DNA of 64,000 bases. Origin: Gemmatimonadaceae bacterium (lineage in GTDB: Bacteria > Gemmatimonadota > Gemmatimonadetes > Gemmatimonadales > Gemmatimonadaceae). Each line of letters opens with the position of its first letter. Positions within the stretch are counted from its first letter, which is position 1. The notes under the pieces are model-generated. The model did no database searches. It worked only from the letters and a program-made list of their open reading frames with translations, and had not been told where the DNA came from. A program made the position numbers and the translations under genes. The stretch covers positions 896,001 through 960,000 of the forward strand of contig JBHYGA010000001.1 of the NCBI GenBank assembly GCA_051859245.1. The letters run 5' to 3'. Below, in pieces: positions 61,613 to 64,000 of the stretch.

Positions 61613-62791
61613 GTGATTTCAACCATCCTCGATCCCGTCGCCACCCGCGCACTCGCGCCTGAACTTGCCACCTCGCGTAGCCCGGACCTCTGGGTCTACC
61701 GATACCAGGAGCCCACGCACGGTTGGGTGCTGAGCGTTGCCACACACGCCGCGCCTGGCAGTGGACACCTTTCGCTCGGCGGCTTTCGCATTGCGCCCGC
61801 CGAACGCATGGCGTCTCCCGGATTCACCCCCGAACGTGAATCGATAGCGCTGGCGATCGGTATGGAGGAGAAGGTCTGGTGGTCGCGGGTGACCGGAATT
61901 GGTGGGCCGCTCGCCAAGCACCAACTCGCCCGAATCGTTGGCGGCAAATGTGTCCTCGCGCCAACACCGGGATCACGCGTGGGCGAGCCACTCGACACCG
62001 CGCTGCTCGATTTTGCGGTGGCCGCATTTCACGACATTGAATCCACCGCTGGTATTCATCTGATCACCGGACAGGACCTCGGTCACGGCACGATGACCAC
62101 CGGTGAGAGTTCGTTGTCGTATCTGAACGAGCGGTACCGTGGCAGCGTGCAGGCCAACACCGCGGTTCCCACCGGCGAGGGCAATGTGCAGCTACTGCTC
62201 GGCATGCTGCGCGGTATCGGGCGTGACGTGCAACACGCTACGATCGGGCTCGTGGGGTGCGGTAACATTGGCATGCACGTGCTCGGTCGGCTGCGGGCGC
62301 TCGGTGCGAGCGTCATTGTACTCGAATCCAATGCGGACCGACGCACACAGCTGAGCGAACAGGGCATTCGTTGCTGGGCGCCCGCGCAGCGCGCCGACTT
62401 TCTCGCGCAACCGGTCGACGCGATTGTGGTGAATGCGTTGGGTGGATCACTCGACGCGACGGCGGTTGCAGCGTGCGTGGCCAATCCAAGACTCGCGGTG
62501 ATCTGCGGCAGTGAAAACCTGGTAATGCCGGACGCATCACAAGCGCTCGTGCTGCAGCGCGCGGGCAAGATCTACGCGCCCACTGAACTCGGTGGCATGG
62601 TGGGTTACCTCACCGCGGTTGAGGAGTACCTGGCCAAGCAGTCCGGCCGCGCGTTTGCAGAAGAAGACTTGTTTGATGCGGCGCAGGAGCTTGAACTCGT
62701 GGGCTACGAAGCCACGCGACGCGTGCTCGACTCACACGGCGCACTATCGTTCGAAGACGCGGTCGTAACGCTGCATCCGGTGGTGAAGTAG
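61613..62791 (+). CDS. Divergent Glu/Leu/Phe/Val dehydrogenase family protein
   Basis: SLGGFR, GMEEK, GGKCV, TGQDLG, GCGNIG, CGSEN and YAP, in the same order as LeuDH/PheDH motifs. Confidence 0.65.
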   Translation: MISTILDPVATRALAPELATSRSPDLWVYRYQEPTHGWVLSVATHAAPGSGHLSLGGFRIAPAERMASPGFTPERESIALAIGMEEKVWWSRVTGIGGPLAKHQLARIVGGKCVLAPTPGSRVGEPLDTALLDFAVAAFHDIESTAGIHLITGQDLGHGTMTTGESSLSYLNERYRGSVQANTAVPTGEGNVQLLLGMLRGIGRDVQHATIGLVGCGNIGMHVLGRLRALGASVIVLESNADRRTQLSEQGIRCWAPAQRADFLAQPVDAIVVNALGGSLDATAVAACVANPRLAVICGSENLVMPDASQALVLQRAGKIYAPTELGGMVGYLTAVEEYLAKQSGRAFAEEDLFDAAQELELVGYEATRRVLDSHGALSFEDAVVTLHPVVK

Positions 62792-62820
62792 CGCGTTACT
62801 CGGACGCGACAGCAACCTGA

Positions 62821-63603
62821 TTACCGCGCGCGGAACGCTGCAATCGCGTCGCGCGTGAAATCGGAGAGCACCATCGCACCACTCATCGCCGCACGTTCTG
62901 CGAGCAGCGGCTCCCATGCCTCGGTGCCGCTCCAGAACACGCGCTTGAGTTCACGCATTGCGTCAGGATTGGACGCGGCCAGTGTGCGCGACAATGCGTC
63001 CACGGCACCGTCAAGTTCGACTGTGGACTCAACCACGCGCGCGTAGAGTCCGTGACGTTCGCACCACTCCGCGTCGCGCCAGTCGGCGTCCACCGACATG
63101 GCGCTGAACGGGCCGCGTCCAACGCGTCGCTCAACAACGGTGCCCACCACAAACGGTCCGATGCCCACGGCCAACTCACTGAGGCGCGCGGCCGCCGAGC
63201 GAACCGCGATTGCGTAGTCTGATGCTGACACGATGCCCACCGCGCCGCCTGCCGCTTTGCCGTGCACCCGCGTCACCACAAACTTGGGGGCGCGAATCAT
63301 GGCCAGAATCACCCGCGAGAACCCGCTGAAAAACTCCGCGCCCTGGGCCGCGTCGCTGATCGAAGAAAACTCGTCGAAGGAAGCGCCGGCACAGAACGGC
63401 CCGCTGCCACCACTGCGCAGTACGATCACGCGGGCGTCATCGTTTTCGCCGAGCGTGGTGATGGTCTGCGCCAGTTCGCGAAGCAGCGCGCCCGGCAGCG
63501 AGTTGCCTTTGGGATGCGAAAACTCGATCGTGCCGATCCCGTCGGCGATGGAAACCGAAACCCGTCCCTCGGGCACGGAATGAAGCGGAGCGTCGTTGGC
63601 CAT
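62821..63603 (-). CDS. Enoyl-CoA hydratase/isomerase family protein
   Basis: FCAGAS, PKFVVTRVHGKAAGG and LSELAVGIGP. Confidence 0.9.
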   Translation of the reverse strand: MANDAPLHSVPEGRVSVSIADGIGTIEFSHPKGNSLPGALLRELAQTITTLGENDDARVIVLRSGGSGPFCAGASFDEFSSISDAAQGAEFFSGFSRVILAMIRAPKFVVTRVHGKAAGGAVGIVSASDYAIAVRSAAARLSELAVGIGPFVVGTVVERRVGRGPFSAMSVDADWRDAEWCERHGLYARVVESTVELDGAVDALSRTLAASNPDAMRELKRVFWSGTEAWEPLLAERAAMSGAMVLSDFTRDAIAAFRAR

Positions 63604-63630
63604 AGGGGGTAAGTTAGTGAGATGACACGA

Positions 63631-63660
63631 TTGTCGAATCCCTGTTTTTTCCGGTAGATT
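63631..63660 (+). promoter_or_regulatory. Sigma70-type promoter of paaA (probably leaderless)
   Basis: TTGTCG-N18-TAGATT, 6 nt before ATG, with no SD. Confidence 0.5.
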
Positions 63661-63666
63661 GCAACT

Positions 63667-64000
63667 ATGGAACAGCCAACAACCGTGACCGCCGACGAGT
63701 CGGCCCTCGTCGCCGCCTTCGAGGCGCGCATCGCCGCCGGTGAAAGCATCGAGCCAAAGGATTGGATGCCCGAGCGCTACCGCCGTCAGCTCATTCGCAT
63801 GATGTCGCAGCACGCGCATTCAGAAATCGTGGGCATGTTGCCGGAAGGCAACTGGATCACGCGAGCACCGTCGCTGCGTCGCAAGATGTCGCTCATCGCG
63901 AAGGTGCAAGACGAAGCCGGCCACGGCTTGTACATCTACTGCGGTACCGAAACGCTCGGTGTTGATCGGCACGAGCTGGTGGAGCAGCTGCTCGATGGCC
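63667..64000 (+). CDS. paaA: 1,2-phenylacetyl-CoA epoxidase subunit A, 5' part (runs off window)
   Basis: Manual translation: [46 protein letters not shown]...[11 protein letters not shown]. Confidence 0.96.
   Translation, partial: MEQPTTVTADESALVAAFEARIAAGESIEPKDWMPERYRRQLIRMMSQHAHSEIVGMLPEGNWITRAPSLRRKMSLIAKVQDEAGHGLYIYCGTETLGVDRHELVEQLLDG

Noticed and set aside
63618..63642. PaaX operator between the enoyl-CoA hydratase and paaA
   Set aside because: Only a short GATT-N4-AATC palindrome overlapping the -35. Too weak to call.

Overview
GC-rich bacterial chromosome segment, probably Gemmatimonadota (inferred from gene content and protein style, not from a search). Most of it is housekeeping: gpmI, guaB, nrnA, mrp, an ECF sigma/anti-sigma locus, late futalosine-type menaquinone genes, mutM, purD, glmM-glmS, dtd, metZ, maf, LPS-core genes, trpE, engB-lon-clpX-clpP-tig, crtB-cruF-crtI and the start of paaA. 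Three accessory modules stand out. (1) A four-gene cassette (6752-9292) has two paralogous secreted Cys-scaffold miniproteins flanking a one-Cys thioredoxin-like membrane protein and a 6-bladed beta-propeller lipoprotein. (2) A coupled oleA-GT2-P450-oleC-oleD-like cluster lacks oleB (19615-25217) and is a candidate decorated beta-lactone or glycolipid pathway. (3) A four-helix-bundle (23S-IVP/Avd-like) gene is enclosed by two inverted copies of a ~220-bp palindromic element between clpP and clpX (54464-55362). Smaller signals include a leaderless-promoter signature at many operon heads, a probable CTG start for lon, a SigW-type promoter between sigma and anti-sigma, a PpsR-type palindrome upstream of crtB, and two candidate structured RNAs. 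No tRNA, rRNA, CRISPR array or transposase was seen. All calls come from reading motifs by eye; no database search or folding program was run.
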